From an uncultured Lentisphaeraceae bacterium (GTDB lineage Bacteria; Verrucomicrobiota; Kiritimatiellia; RFP12; UBA1067), in assembly GCA_964440985.1 (NCBI GenBank), contig CAYTWE010000001.1, forward strand, positions 16,875 through 80,874: a stretch of 64,000 bases of DNA. The letters are read 5' to 3'. This document shows positions 37,420-47,599 of the stretch, in pieces (position 1 is the stretch's first letter; every line of letters starts with the position of its first letter). The position numbers were made by a program, and so were the translations under genes. A model generated the notes under the pieces. It made no database searches and was not told the origin of the DNA. It saw only the letters and a program-made list of their open reading frames with translations.

Positions 37420-37485
37420 CAAAAAAGAGACCTGCGCGGAGTGCGCGGCCTCTTTTTCGCCCTTGCTGCTCAAGGATTTTGGCGG

Positions 37486-37743
37486 TTACGCCTGGGCGCC
37501 GTCACCATATCCCTTGGATGTGAGATACTCGATGACCTTGCCAACCGTGGTGAGCTTTTCAGCGTCCTCTTCGGGGATCGCCGCGCCGAATTCCTCTTCA
37601 AACGCCATAATGAGCTCGACGGAATCGAGGGAGTCTGCGCCGAGATCGTCGATGAACGACGCTTCGGACGTCACCTGCTCAGCGTTGACGCCGAGCTGAT
37701 CCACGATAATCTCTCTGACGCGATCTTCAAGTTTACCTGCCAT
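37486..37743 (-). CDS. acpP: Acyl carrier protein (housekeeping type)
   Basis: [78 protein letters not shown] phosphopantetheine site and close similarity to canonical AcpP. Start at ATG 37743 with AGGAG upstream. Confidence 0.9.
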   Translation of the reverse strand: MAGKLEDRVREIIVDQLGVNAEQVTSEASFIDDLGADSLDSVELIMAFEEEFGAAIPEEDAEKLTTVGKVIEYLTSKGYGDGAQA

Positions 37744-37858
37744 AGTCTTTAAGTCTCCTTTTTGTTGGAACGCCTTGTAAGATACCAAATCCCAACCTTG
37801 AAATCAAGCGAAATTGTTGCTTGACAAGTGACCCGAAATTGGCGTACGCAGTTCCACA

Positions 37859-39529
37859 TCATTCACGACAGTCCGGGGGGCCAGACACTTCGCGCACACC
37901 GGGTGGCGGCTTGACGGTCTTGACAATCCTGTCGCCTTCACGCCGCCATTCGGCGACAATCGGCCCGTGCGGCGTCGGAACGCTACCTTTTGCGAAATCG
38001 ACTGATGACGGCGGAACTGGTTCGAACGCGAATGTCGCGTAGCCGGGCGAAAGCGGTCGCACTCCAAGCACATACGACGTAAGCAGCCCGGCGACCGCCG
38101 TATCCGGATGAGCCTCATCGCCCCATCCGGGCATCGCCACATCCATGCACTCGTACGTCGTGCGGCATCCCTTCCACTCCGGAGATATCACCGTGAAGAA
38201 GCCATGCTCCTCTATCGACTTCAGCGCAAGGTCGCCAAATCCGAACTCAAAGCGTCCACGCGCCGACAGCGCCTGAAACTTGCCGTGCCAGTTGCGCGGA
38301 AGCGCTGAGGCAAGCGTGGCCGCCTCACGTCTGTCGACGAAACGGACGGCAAGCGCAAGGGCATTCGCCTCAGTGGAGTATGTTCCATCCTCAATCGAGA
38401 ACGCAAACGCCCGGCCGTCTTCGCATCTGAAATCGCGTTTCGTCACAGAGGCGATGCGTTCCGCCTCACTTCGCCAAATCTTCGCATCCGCATCATGCCC
38501 CAACCACTCCGCAATCTCCGCAGAGTCGGAAAGCGCCTTCCAAAGCAGGATTTGCATATAGCTGCGGCGATGTAGCGACGTTGCGCCGAACCGGAGAGCC
38601 CCTGCGTTCTTGCAAGTCTCCTTCCGCTGAATGAACACCCCGTCGCGCACATTGCGCAGGAGATATCCGATTAGGCGCCGCAAATTCGGAAACAGATCGC
38701 GCATCAGCGCCATATCGCCGGTGTACAGCGCATAGTTGCGCATCACCGGCGCAAACCACGCGGCGAATTCATCCGACGCAAACGGTCCGTATTCGCCCGA
38801 TGCCGGCGACACTTTCGCCTCAGGGTACGGACAGGCCTGAACATAGCCTTCCGGCGTCTGCGCCAGCGCAAGCATTCGCAATGAACCCGGCATATACGGC
38901 GAATCGGATGCATACGCCGCGTACATGTTGAGATCCGCCCACCAGAGATCGCCGCTCCACACAAGCCTGTCGCGCTTTGCGCCATCAGAAAGATACGCGC
39001 ACAGCGTCTCCTCGCCGCGCTTCGGTATGGCAGCAAGCTGACATGTGCGCACACTTGCGCGCCACAGCGCATTCAGACGTTCATCTGAGCAGGAAAACGA
39101 GCCTTCAACCGGCTCTTCCGAATACGTGCATCTGTTCTCGAACCTGAAATCATCAATGTCAACGGACGCGCCTGGCGTATCTACGGCCACGCGCACATAG
39201 CGGACAAGCCCTTGCTGGAATCTCGCCCTGCATACGCCACCCGTCGTCACCGTGAACAGCTCAAAGCGGTCGGTAGATGACGGCGGAATCGGCAGCGGCA
39301 CATCCTTGCCAAGATAATCCGCACGTGTATCGTCCCAGAAGTCGCCCCTCTCCGTCATGCGATCAGGATGGTTGGCGTACGATATGCGCACAACCGCGCC
39401 TGACGCCCCGACAGTCACGGGCGACGCCTTGAACACTGCATAGCCTGCGGTTGCATCAGGGCCGAAATCAATGATATGCGGATGCCCATGCGACACCAGC
39501 GCTGCCAACAACAATCCTCCACAAAACAC
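37859..39529 (-). CDS. Secreted six-hairpin glycoside hydrolase, alpha-L-rhamnosidase-like (second copy in the window)
   Basis: N-terminal hydrophobic signal; RDRLVWSGDLWWADLNMY region resembling the GH78 catalytic (alpha/alpha)6 domain; 556 aa. Family not verified. Confidence 0.45.
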   Translation of the reverse strand: MFCGGLLLAALVSHGHPHIIDFGPDATAGYAVFKASPVTVGASGAVVRISYANHPDRMTERGDFWDDTRADYLGKDVPLPIPPSSTDRFELFTVTTGGVCRARFQQGLVRYVRVAVDTPGASVDIDDFRFENRCTYSEEPVEGSFSCSDERLNALWRASVRTCQLAAIPKRGEETLCAYLSDGAKRDRLVWSGDLWWADLNMYAAYASDSPYMPGSLRMLALAQTPEGYVQACPYPEAKVSPASGEYGPFASDEFAAWFAPVMRNYALYTGDMALMRDLFPNLRRLIGYLLRNVRDGVFIQRKETCKNAGALRFGATSLHRRSYMQILLWKALSDSAEIAEWLGHDADAKIWRSEAERIASVTKRDFRCEDGRAFAFSIEDGTYSTEANALALAVRFVDRREAATLASALPRNWHGKFQALSARGRFEFGFGDLALKSIEEHGFFTVISPEWKGCRTTYECMDVAMPGWGDEAHPDTAVAGLLTSYVLGVRPLSPGYATFAFEPVPPSSVDFAKGSVPTPHGPIVAEWRREGDRIVKTVKPPPGVREVSGPPDCRE

Positions 39530-39542
39530 GACATCCTCCGTT

Positions 39543-41135
39543 TCAGTTTATGGCAACGTCCAACGTCGTCCCCTTCGTGAATGCGTACTGGAAGCGTCCG
39601 TTGTCCGATGCGACAAATGATTTCCCGGTGGCGGGAGCGAACACGCCAAGAAGGTTCTGCGTATACAGAAACGCAGACTCCCTGAACGCATAGGTGCTCC
39701 ACTCATGTCTTGGCTTCGCGAGCGGATTCGCGCATGGCGCATCCTCCGGCGACATCCCCGGCATGAAAAACGGCCTTGCGAGAAGCAGCACAACACCTTC
39801 ACCCTTCGCCGCCTCACATCTGAAATACGCATCCTGCCCGTTATCCACATCGTGTCCGGAATTGTCTATCCACACGAAGCGTACGCCATCCTCCACCCAC
39901 GCCGCCATGCGCTCCCGCCTGACGAAATCCCCTGGCCGGAGACGAAGTCTGCGCGGACGCGGATACGACGAGGAAACGATGCGAACCGCCGCCCCCTCCA
40001 CGGCAAACGACTTCGCGCCACGGCAACGCGACGGGAACACGCGATCACACTGTTCGCCGCCGCATCCGATGCGAAACACCTTCGTCTGGCTTCGGTAGGG
40101 CTTGACGGCAACAACGTCAATCAGCATCGACGCCGCAAGATTGATGCGGTTGAAACGATACATCGGCCGCAGGTTCTCCGGCCCGTTCAATCCATAGCTC
40201 TGCGTGATGACGTGCCGTACGCCGTTCTCCATCACATCGGCATCTAAATGCGCATGGCCGGCAAACGAACCCGCAATCCTGATGCGCCCTGTCTTTGCGT
40301 GGCGTTCAACGACGGCAAGCGCATCCGCAAGTCCGGGCGTAGTGCACGGCTCCGCGCTTGACCGCCAAAGGCCAAGATACGGATGCAGCGTCGCGTGAGA
40401 AAGGATAACCGCAGTCCAGCCATCCTTCAACTCTCCAAGGCTCCTGTCAAGGAAATCGACCTGACGCTGCGTCACGCCTACCCACGTCTTCCCCTTGGTG
40501 TTCCCGACGTTCAATTCAGACGTGTTGAGAAATATCACGCGGGTCATCTTGCGCGGGAAATCCCACAGGCCGTATCCGTCCACTGCATAGCGAAAACCCG
40601 AAGCGGACTCAAGCGCTGAATTGAAGAACCGGAAATAGTCGTCGGACGACTGGTGCCAGATGACGTTTCCGAGGTCGTGATTCCCGACAACATGAAGCGA
40701 CGGAACCGAGAACGTGCCGTATATGCGCCTCTCGCAATCCATTACCGCCCTTCCGAACGCCTCCGGCTCATCCTTCCACGTCTTCCTTCCGCGATCAAGA
40801 CCTATGTCGCCGAGATTGGCGATGAAGTCGGCGCCGAAGATTTTTGCCGCCGCATCTAAGGCATACTGGTGCACCATCCCGTCGCCCCAGTCCGGCGATC
40901 CGCCAAGCGACACGGTACCGGAATGGACATCGCTGACAACCGGGAACACAAGTGTCTCGTCAGCCCCTTTCCATTCGCAGAACCTTGCCTTCGCAAGCCT
41001 TATCTCACGCATCATCCAGTCGGGAATCGCGGGAGCGGCAGGCTTCCCTGCTTGCGATGCCAAAGCATTGGAGCCGAGCGCGACCGCCGCACCGGCGCCG
41101 GCCATCCCGATAACGGCCCTTCTTGTCATGTTCAT
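39543..41135 (-). CDS. Tat-secreted calcineurin-like metallophosphoesterase
   Basis: MNMTRRAVIGMAGAGAAVALGSNALA (twin-arginine signal); VVSDVHSG, LGDIGLD and VVGNHD metallophosphatase motifs. Start ATG 41135 with AAGGA upstream; ATGA overlap with the upstream gene. Confidence 0.7.
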   Translation of the reverse strand: MNMTRRAVIGMAGAGAAVALGSNALASQAGKPAAPAIPDWMMREIRLAKARFCEWKGADETLVFPVVSDVHSGTVSLGGSPDWGDGMVHQYALDAAAKIFGADFIANLGDIGLDRGRKTWKDEPEAFGRAVMDCERRIYGTFSVPSLHVVGNHDLGNVIWHQSSDDYFRFFNSALESASGFRYAVDGYGLWDFPRKMTRVIFLNTSELNVGNTKGKTWVGVTQRQVDFLDRSLGELKDGWTAVILSHATLHPYLGLWRSSAEPCTTPGLADALAVVERHAKTGRIRIAGSFAGHAHLDADVMENGVRHVITQSYGLNGPENLRPMYRFNRINLAASMLIDVVAVKPYRSQTKVFRIGCGGEQCDRVFPSRCRGAKSFAVEGAAVRIVSSSYPRPRRLRLRPGDFVRRERMAAWVEDGVRFVWIDNSGHDVDNGQDAYFRCEAAKGEGVVLLLARPFFMPGMSPEDAPCANPLAKPRHEWSTYAFRESAFLYTQNLLGVFAPATGKSFVASDNGRFQYAFTKGTTLDVAIN

Positions 41136-43315
41136 TTCCGGACATCCTTTCCGCAAGCGTTTCCGAGAATTATACCGGCAAGCCGCTCACGCGCCTTGCG
41201 TACCGCTTCCGGATTGCGCGTGAAGTCGGTCATCGAGCGGATGAGCGTTTTCGATATTTCCTTTACGGCTGCCGGATCTTTCGCGGCGGCCATCACAAGA
41301 TAATCGTAGTCCTCCGAGCCGTCGCGCAGATTCGCCAGGCGGATTGACGGCAGGATGCCATTCTTTCCGGGATATGCAAGCACCCCGTCCCCAGGCGCCT
41401 GAAGTCCGCTCCATGTATTCCATGCGGGGAACCACACATCCCGCTCATCAAGTTTCGGCTGGCTGCCGCTCCAGTAGTTTACGTTCCAGAAGAGAAACCC
41501 GTCTGAGCGATACAGATGCGTGAACCACGGGATGAGCCGCCCCTCCACCGTCGGATTCTCGTATGACGAGAAGTTGCAGTACGGATGGAACGGAGAGCAG
41601 CACGTGTACCACCAGACCTGACGCCCCATCCTGCGAAGCTCATCCGAGACGTCTTCGCGATAGATTGCGGTGAGAGGGGTGTGCCAGTCCGTTGCGGTCC
41701 AGAACGGAGAGACCTTGTCAGGATGCTGAACGCGATCTCTGTACATGTACGCGCTCGTGATGAGCGGCAGATCGGGATATACACCCTTAAGTCTTCTCCA
41801 CATCCTGTCGATGCCCTCGTAATAATCTGCTTCACGCTCGTCAAAACCGTAGATGCAGCATCCGTCAAGAAGGTTCCTTTTTCTGAGTTCCGCAACATAC
41901 GGCGTTAACGTGTTTGTCACGTACGTAAAAAACCCCTCCGAGAACACATCCTTCTTGGAGCCGTACACCACCCACGCCTGCCCCTTCGGCGGTGGCGGCG
42001 CAAGGTTGAGCAGGTTCACGTGCCGCTGCCCACGCGACTTGGCGTATGCGATATCCTCGATATCCGGAGGTGACGTGCGCGATATGTCAGTCCAGTCAAG
42101 CCTGTGGTCAAGCATCATGTCCATCGCCTCGCGACGCCGAACCTCAAACGATTCGGGGTAATGCCGCTTGATGAAACCATCCATGCAAGCGAACATCGCC
42201 GGAAAGGAAAACATCTTCGGAAGCGCAAAATTCCACACCTCCACGGCAACCGGAACCGTCTGCGAAAAACCGTCAGCGGCAACGAACTTCGCTTCGCACC
42301 TGTACGTCCCCGGCTTGGCGTCGCGTCCGGCGAAAACGGTAAGCCAGATGCCTTGCGTCGCTCCTTTCCTGACATCAACCGGCGCGGCAGGCAGCAGCAC
42401 CTCCGGAATCCACTTCTCGTGAGGATCAACGCCGCAAGGATGCGGCGCATACTCCGGACGGCGGGCAAGGTATCCCAACCGTTCCCACGAAATCGTGCCG
42501 TTGAGACGGTTCCCGGACGCATCCACCAGCGGCGTCAACTCTACGTTCAGCTCCTTCAGTTCACGCTCCGCACCTGTCGTGACAAGCACCTGCGCCGATT
42601 CGCGCTCGCCCTTCGCCAATCGCAGACACACGCTTGCCGGCGTTCGCCTGTCCTCATCCGCTGGGAACGTAAGCGGCGTCACCTTGCGCATTGAATCAGC
42701 CGTCCAGAGGCACACGCCATCCGGCGGCAAAGACGACACCGGCCCACATTTCGCCGCCCCGTCCGCAATCGGCTCATAGACAAACCTGCCAGCAGAGTGA
42801 AGCGACCTGGCGGGATACGTCACAAGCATCTCATCGCTCTCAGAGAACGGCCGTCCCGTCATGCGCCGCGCAGACAGCTGTACATGTCCGGGATCGCGAC
42901 GCTCAAGGAACACATTGCGGAAAAGAACCTCGCCGCCCGGCGCAAACGGGTCGCGGTAGAGGGCATAGAGCTTGATTTTCCGGACCGGAGAGCCGGGATA
43001 GTGCACAGATCCGGATTTCTCCCAGCCGTGCGTCCCCTCGGTGAACGTCGCAAGCAGTTTGTACGTAAACGTGCCGTCAGCGTGCTCGACATCCACATAG
43101 AGACAGTACTCCTTCGCGCAGGCATTCACCGCCTTCGATTCGCCGCCGAACCATATCGGTGAGCAGTCAGGAGATTCATACGTCCGTTCAATCACCGCCT
43201 TGGTGACTGATGGAGCAAAGGTTGCCGCAGAATCCGAAGCGATGCCGGACAGTGCTGCAGCTGCGGCAAGCGCGACAACGGCCGTCATCGTCTTCATATT
43301 GCAGCAACCCTTCAT
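41132..43315 (-). CDS. Secreted hypothetical protein, possibly a glycoside-hydrolase-like (DUF4091-type) enzyme
   Basis: Signal peptide (MKTMTAVVALAAAAALSG); 727 aa; Trp/Tyr-rich C-terminal half (FWNVNYWSGSQ..WFPAWNTWSG). No catalytic motif identified with confidence. An alternative start is at ATG 43297. Confidence 0.4.
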   Translation of the reverse strand: MKGCCNMKTMTAVVALAAAAALSGIASDSAATFAPSVTKAVIERTYESPDCSPIWFGGESKAVNACAKEYCLYVDVEHADGTFTYKLLATFTEGTHGWEKSGSVHYPGSPVRKIKLYALYRDPFAPGGEVLFRNVFLERRDPGHVQLSARRMTGRPFSESDEMLVTYPARSLHSAGRFVYEPIADGAAKCGPVSSLPPDGVCLWTADSMRKVTPLTFPADEDRRTPASVCLRLAKGERESAQVLVTTGAERELKELNVELTPLVDASGNRLNGTISWERLGYLARRPEYAPHPCGVDPHEKWIPEVLLPAAPVDVRKGATQGIWLTVFAGRDAKPGTYRCEAKFVAADGFSQTVPVAVEVWNFALPKMFSFPAMFACMDGFIKRHYPESFEVRRREAMDMMLDHRLDWTDISRTSPPDIEDIAYAKSRGQRHVNLLNLAPPPPKGQAWVVYGSKKDVFSEGFFTYVTNTLTPYVAELRKRNLLDGCCIYGFDEREADYYEGIDRMWRRLKGVYPDLPLITSAYMYRDRVQHPDKVSPFWTATDWHTPLTAIYREDVSDELRRMGRQVWWYTCCSPFHPYCNFSSYENPTVEGRLIPWFTHLYRSDGFLFWNVNYWSGSQPKLDERDVWFPAWNTWSGLQAPGDGVLAYPGKNGILPSIRLANLRDGSEDYDYLVMAAAKDPAAVKEISKTLIRSMTDFTRNPEAVRKARERLAGIILGNACGKDVRK

Positions 43316-46300
43316 CTTACGACAACCACTGTGCCAAGTCTGCCGTACCCGATGCGGAGACGCTTGTCTGAAACGAAAATCCTCCAGCCGTCATCGAGCG
43401 CTCCATCTGAATCGAGTTTAAGCGCACCATTGCATTTGATCGTCCCGGCAGTTGTGAGGATTGTGAACCGCTCCGTTCGCCTCTTGGCAAGAAGTTCCGC
43501 GTTCCCGATCTTCACGGTTGCACCTGATTCAATCTCAATGTTTCCTGAGAGCGCAAGGTCAAGCGTCTTACCGGCGATGAATTCAGCAGCATCGAACCCC
43601 AAGGCCGCCGTTTGAACGGCAGCGGCATGGACTGTTCCGAATCCGGAAAGGCCAACGAGTTTGACTGAGGCAAGCTTGTCTGACGTGAGACCTCCGTTTC
43701 CGAACCGGCACACGCCACCATCCATCACAAGCGGTGAATTTGTCGGATAATGCCATCCGGCAGACCAATACTGAACCGTCGCGCCGGAAGATATTGTCGT
43801 CGCACCGCGATAGTCCGATTCCTGTTCCGCATTCGAGGCAATAGTGAGCGTACCGTCTCCGCAATAGCGAACGCCGCCGCTTCTGTCGTTGTCGGCAAGA
43901 CAGTCCGTAATCGCAATCTCGGTATCCTGCGTCCGTCCGCCTCGACGCAGAATGGCCTTTGCCCAGGTGTAGTCGCATCCGGGGGACGTCACGACGATGT
44001 TCGTTATCAGCCCCGCATTCTCATCGAACTGCGCAAACGCGGAGGCGCCCCATCCATCGCCCTCTACCTCGATTAGCGGCGATGCCGTGAACTCCCACGC
44101 CCCGACATCAGGCACGGGAATCGCCCTTACGCCCTTCCCCGTGGGCGACTTGAACGCCTTGCGCAGTGTGCCGCCGCCGGAACCGCCTGACGGCAGAGAC
44201 AGATCGAAGTTTGCTCCGCCACCGAAAACCGTCATCCGGGTAATCCTGTTGCCGGCCATCTCTGAACCGGCACCCTGAAACTGCAGCGTCCCGCCGTTGA
44301 AGTTGAGGTAGACGCGGTTGTCAGCAACGCGGAAGGAAGCCATGTTGTTCTGTATCTGCGTAGAGTTTGTGATGGCTGCGCCATTCAAGAGCGATGCGGG
44401 AGAAAGCATGACGCCACCGTTCAGGTTGATGATCGATACGGAGTTCGAGCCGCATCCGAGATTTAGGTTCGACATCGACACGGCGGCATTTCCGTCGATT
44501 GTCAATGCACTGCGCGCATTCGCCGTATTCCCGGCCTGCCCCCACACGATGAACGGCATGTCAATGCGGAGGAATTTCGCTTCAGCATTTCCGCCGATGT
44601 ACATGTGCGCCTTTCCGCCATGGCTTCCGATTCCCACGCCGCCGTTTGCGGTGTGATCGAACAGTCCGCCGGTCATGTCGAATGTTGCGCACCCGGTGGA
44701 CGTATGTCCGAAGCAGACCCAGTTGTTCGAACGCCAGCGGCCATCGCGCATCAGTACGCATCCGCCGATGTGGTCGCCCACCATGCCGTACGGCCAGTAT
44801 CCGGAGGCGTATTCAACCCAATAGTCTCCACCGTCAATCACAAACGTCCCTTGGCTGTATATGGAATCGCCCGACGAAAACGTCGAATCGTCAACGCTGT
44901 ATACGCCGTTTGATATTATGCCGCCATTTTCAAGACGGAGAATTCCCCGCGAAGCGACGGTGTTGTTTGTGCTGTTTCTTCCGAGGAGTATTCCATGCGC
45001 CCCATTCACGGACATTGGTTTGCCGAGATCGAGCACACCGCCGTCCTCCACGGTAAGCCGTGCGACTTCAGGATACGGAGAACCTATCATGTAGCAGGTC
45101 TTTTCAAGCAGGGTATACGACCCAACGGCAAAGCCATTGGAGGCTGACTCGTCCATTATCAGGCTTATCCGCGGGTCGCCAGCGGACTCTTTTGCGCGAA
45201 ACGCCGCAGGATAGTGCGCGTGATAGTACATGACTGCGGCGGCATCGTCCTTCCCGCTTGGCGATACGGTGATGAACGTACCCAGCCCGTCTGCACTCGA
45301 AAGGTAGGAGCTCGTGAATGTACCGTTCGTGAAACTCGGCATGACGGCGGAGACCGACGTGGCATAGAGACACCCCTGGTAGTTGTTGATGTTCATGATG
45401 GTGTTGCCGGGGTTGTCGAGCACAAGATAGTTGTCGCGGCAACGTATGGTGCCCTCGCCTGATACGATGCCTGATATCGTACACGCCAATGTTCCATCGG
45501 AATTGCTGCCGTCAGTGCCTGGGTGCCAAGCGAGTGTCGCACCTTTCGCAATCTCGACCGGTCCGGACCATCCGCGCTCCGCCTTGGGCCATTTATCCGC
45601 CCATGTGGAACACGCCCATTGCACAGACACCCCTTCCTCAATCGCGAGACGCCAGGTCATGACAGACCGGGCATTGTTCGCGATGCGCCACTGGCACGAT
45701 GACTTGAACGTAAGCGAATGTTCGTCGCCACCGGGGAAACTCGTGTTCTCTGTCACGAAGTAAAGCCCTTTGTCAATGACCATGCTGCCGGGGTTGACTA
45801 TCAGGTTCGGCATTGATGTATAAAAGTGGATGCTGTTCATCACGCCATTCCCGCACAGGGTGAGCGTATGGCCGTTCATGTCTATGGATTGACTTCCACC
45901 CGTGGCGAACACCTCGGACTTCGACGACGCGCCGCCCCAGGTTGCATCGCCTGACAACTTCCATGAAACGTTCTTGTGCGTCCAGTTGCCGCCGATGACG
46001 CGCACCGCGCTTTCACCATCAACGCCGCTGCCCTCGAATTCAATCTTGCCGCAGAGGAGATCTGAATCAGAAAGCGCCGCACCGTCTATTTCAAGCGTGG
46101 CGCCATCCGCCACGATTGCGCCGCGCGCAGCGGCGGAGCCTAACGCACCGGTGTGCGCAACGCGGAGATAGCCTTCATCGACCTTTACCGCTCCGCTCCA
46201 GGACGCATCAAACAGCCCGCCGGATATGACGAGACGTCCCCGCCCTTTCTTCACGAGATTGTCAGCTGCTCCAAGTCCTGCGACATCCGCCGCCGAAAGC

Positions 46301-46434
46301 GTTCTGTCCGCATCGCCTTCGTCCACCATGACGGTCACGTCGGCAACGGCAATGCCGCCGAGAGCGCACAGAGCACAGAGCATGGCTTTCGGCAGCAAAC
46401 TGTTTTTTGAACGGCACACTGATCCATTTTCCAT
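43312..46434 (-). CDS. Large secreted parallel beta-helix / PATR-repeat protein (autotransporter-associated beta-strand repeat type)
   Basis: 1040 aa. Signal peptide MENGSVCRSKNSLLPKAMLCALCALGGIAVA. Gly/Asn/Thr/Ser-rich repeats throughout. Start set at ATG 46434, with GGGAGGTG 7 nt upstream. Confidence 0.6.
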   Translation of the reverse strand: MENGSVCRSKNSLLPKAMLCALCALGGIAVADVTVMVDEGDADRTLSAADVAGLGAADNLVKKGRGRLVISGGLFDASWSGAVKVDEGYLRVAHTGALGSAAARGAIVADGATLEIDGAALSDSDLLCGKIEFEGSGVDGESAVRVIGGNWTHKNVSWKLSGDATWGGASSKSEVFATGGSQSIDMNGHTLTLCGNGVMNSIHFYTSMPNLIVNPGSMVIDKGLYFVTENTSFPGGDEHSLTFKSSCQWRIANNARSVMTWRLAIEEGVSVQWACSTWADKWPKAERGWSGPVEIAKGATLAWHPGTDGSNSDGTLACTISGIVSGEGTIRCRDNYLVLDNPGNTIMNINNYQGCLYATSVSAVMPSFTNGTFTSSYLSSADGLGTFITVSPSGKDDAAAVMYYHAHYPAAFRAKESAGDPRISLIMDESASNGFAVGSYTLLEKTCYMIGSPYPEVARLTVEDGGVLDLGKPMSVNGAHGILLGRNSTNNTVASRGILRLENGGIISNGVYSVDDSTFSSGDSIYSQGTFVIDGGDYWVEYASGYWPYGMVGDHIGGCVLMRDGRWRSNNWVCFGHTSTGCATFDMTGGLFDHTANGGVGIGSHGGKAHMYIGGNAEAKFLRIDMPFIVWGQAGNTANARSALTIDGNAAVSMSNLNLGCGSNSVSIINLNGGVMLSPASLLNGAAITNSTQIQNNMASFRVADNRVYLNFNGGTLQFQGAGSEMAGNRITRMTVFGGGANFDLSLPSGGSGGGTLRKAFKSPTGKGVRAIPVPDVGAWEFTASPLIEVEGDGWGASAFAQFDENAGLITNIVVTSPGCDYTWAKAILRRGGRTQDTEIAITDCLADNDRSGGVRYCGDGTLTIASNAEQESDYRGATTISSGATVQYWSAGWHYPTNSPLVMDGGVCRFGNGGLTSDKLASVKLVGLSGFGTVHAAAVQTAALGFDAAEFIAGKTLDLALSGNIEIESGATVKIGNAELLAKRRTERFTILTTAGTIKCNGALKLDSDGALDDGWRIFVSDKRLRIGYGRLGTVVVVR

Positions 46435-46560
46435 TTGGACACCTCCCATTTTCTCCAATGGGCTTTATTGTCTCATAATGGTTTTTTTTTTGTCAACAGG
46501 AAAGTGCCGCCCGGAATCTGCCAATGCTGCTCGGCGGGCGTATCCATCCGGTGGACATCG

Positions 46561-47274
46561 TCATCCGGACACGATCTGCGCGACGATGTCGCGACAATGC
46601 GTCGAGACGAAGAGGTATGCCGCCACTGCATTGGACAGAAGGCTTGAGCCTATTGCGCAGAACGTGACATCGGTTGTACACGCAATCCAAAGAAGCACTC
46701 CGAGCAGGTTGCAGGCAAGTATCAGCGTCCAGGAGAACACCCGACCATACTCCTCGACATCTGGCTGCGTCTGCATGAGCGAACGTATCGTAAAGCAGAG
46801 ATGGAAGCACCATGTAAACCCTACTGCGAACATCCACGCCCATGGAGCGGGGAATGGCGACGACGGGGCGACGAAACACATGACCGCACGGACCATGAGC
46901 GCAAGCAGGACGACCACCATCGTCCAGAACGGGAAAAAGTACGGCGCAAGGGTGATCCACACGTTCGATTTCGTCAGCTTCACGCTGCCTCCCTTTACGC
47001 CCACCTTCAGATCCGCAACCTTTGCGCCGAACGCCAGCCCCCACACGGCATGGGTCAGTTCATGCCCCAACACGTACAGACGCACTGGGTCGGACACGAA
47101 AAGCCGCATGGCAAGAAACGCAGCCATGCCAAGAAAAAGTGAAATCGCCTCGGCAGAGAAGAGTCCGTGCGCAGAGCCGGAAACGAGCGAAAACGAATCA
47201 AAAAACGTCAGACACAGCGCCCAGACGAAGGGAAAGCACAGCACGGCCGCGAAAAAACGGACGAACCGCACCAC
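46561..47274 (-). CDS. Polytopic membrane protein with an HExxH zinc-binding motif (putative intramembrane zincin-like metallopeptidase)
   Basis: YVLGHELTHAVWG sits between predicted TM helices; 237 aa with at least 5 hydrophobic segments. Family unresolved (M50/DUF3267-like). Confidence 0.5.
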   Translation of the reverse strand: MVRFVRFFAAVLCFPFVWALCLTFFDSFSLVSGSAHGLFSAEAISLFLGMAAFLAMRLFVSDPVRLYVLGHELTHAVWGLAFGAKVADLKVGVKGGSVKLTKSNVWITLAPYFFPFWTMVVVLLALMVRAVMCFVAPSSPFPAPWAWMFAVGFTWCFHLCFTIRSLMQTQPDVEEYGRVFSWTLILACNLLGVLLWIACTTDVTFCAIGSSLLSNAVAAYLFVSTHCRDIVAQIVSG

Positions 47275-47283
47275 GGCAAGCCC

Positions 47284-47559
47284 TCAGTTCTCAAACACAA
47301 AGACGAGTTCACCGGGGAACGCCCGGCGATTCTCTCGCGCCAATCCCTCTACGAATTCGCGATCGGTGCGGAATCTGTTCTGCTTTTCGCGCACAGCCGC
47401 AATCTCCTCGTTCTTGAGGTTGATGCGACGCTCCAGATCCGCCTTTGTCTGCTCAAGCCCCGCCGCCTGGCGGTACTTGGGGAGCGTAATCATCAATCCA
47501 GTCGCCACGATGGCGCCAAATATGACGAAAAACAATCCCTTGAACAATTTGTCTATCAC
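47284..47559 (-). CDS. ftsB: Septum formation initiator family protein (FtsB/DivIC-like)
   Basis: N-terminal TM, coiled-coil LEQTKADLERRINLKNEEIAAVREKQNRF, C-terminal ..DREFVEGLARENRRAFPGELVFVF. Probable GTG start. A TTGACA-N18-TTTAAT promoter-like element lies at 47600-47629 inside the upstream CDS. Confidence 0.6.
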   Translation of the reverse strand: MIDKLFKGLFFVIFGAIVATGLMITLPKYRQAAGLEQTKADLERRINLKNEEIAAVREKQNRFRTDREFVEGLARENRRAFPGELVFVFEN

Positions 47560-47599
47560 TTTGCCGATTCCGTCTTTGAGGTGAATTGCGTGTATTAAA

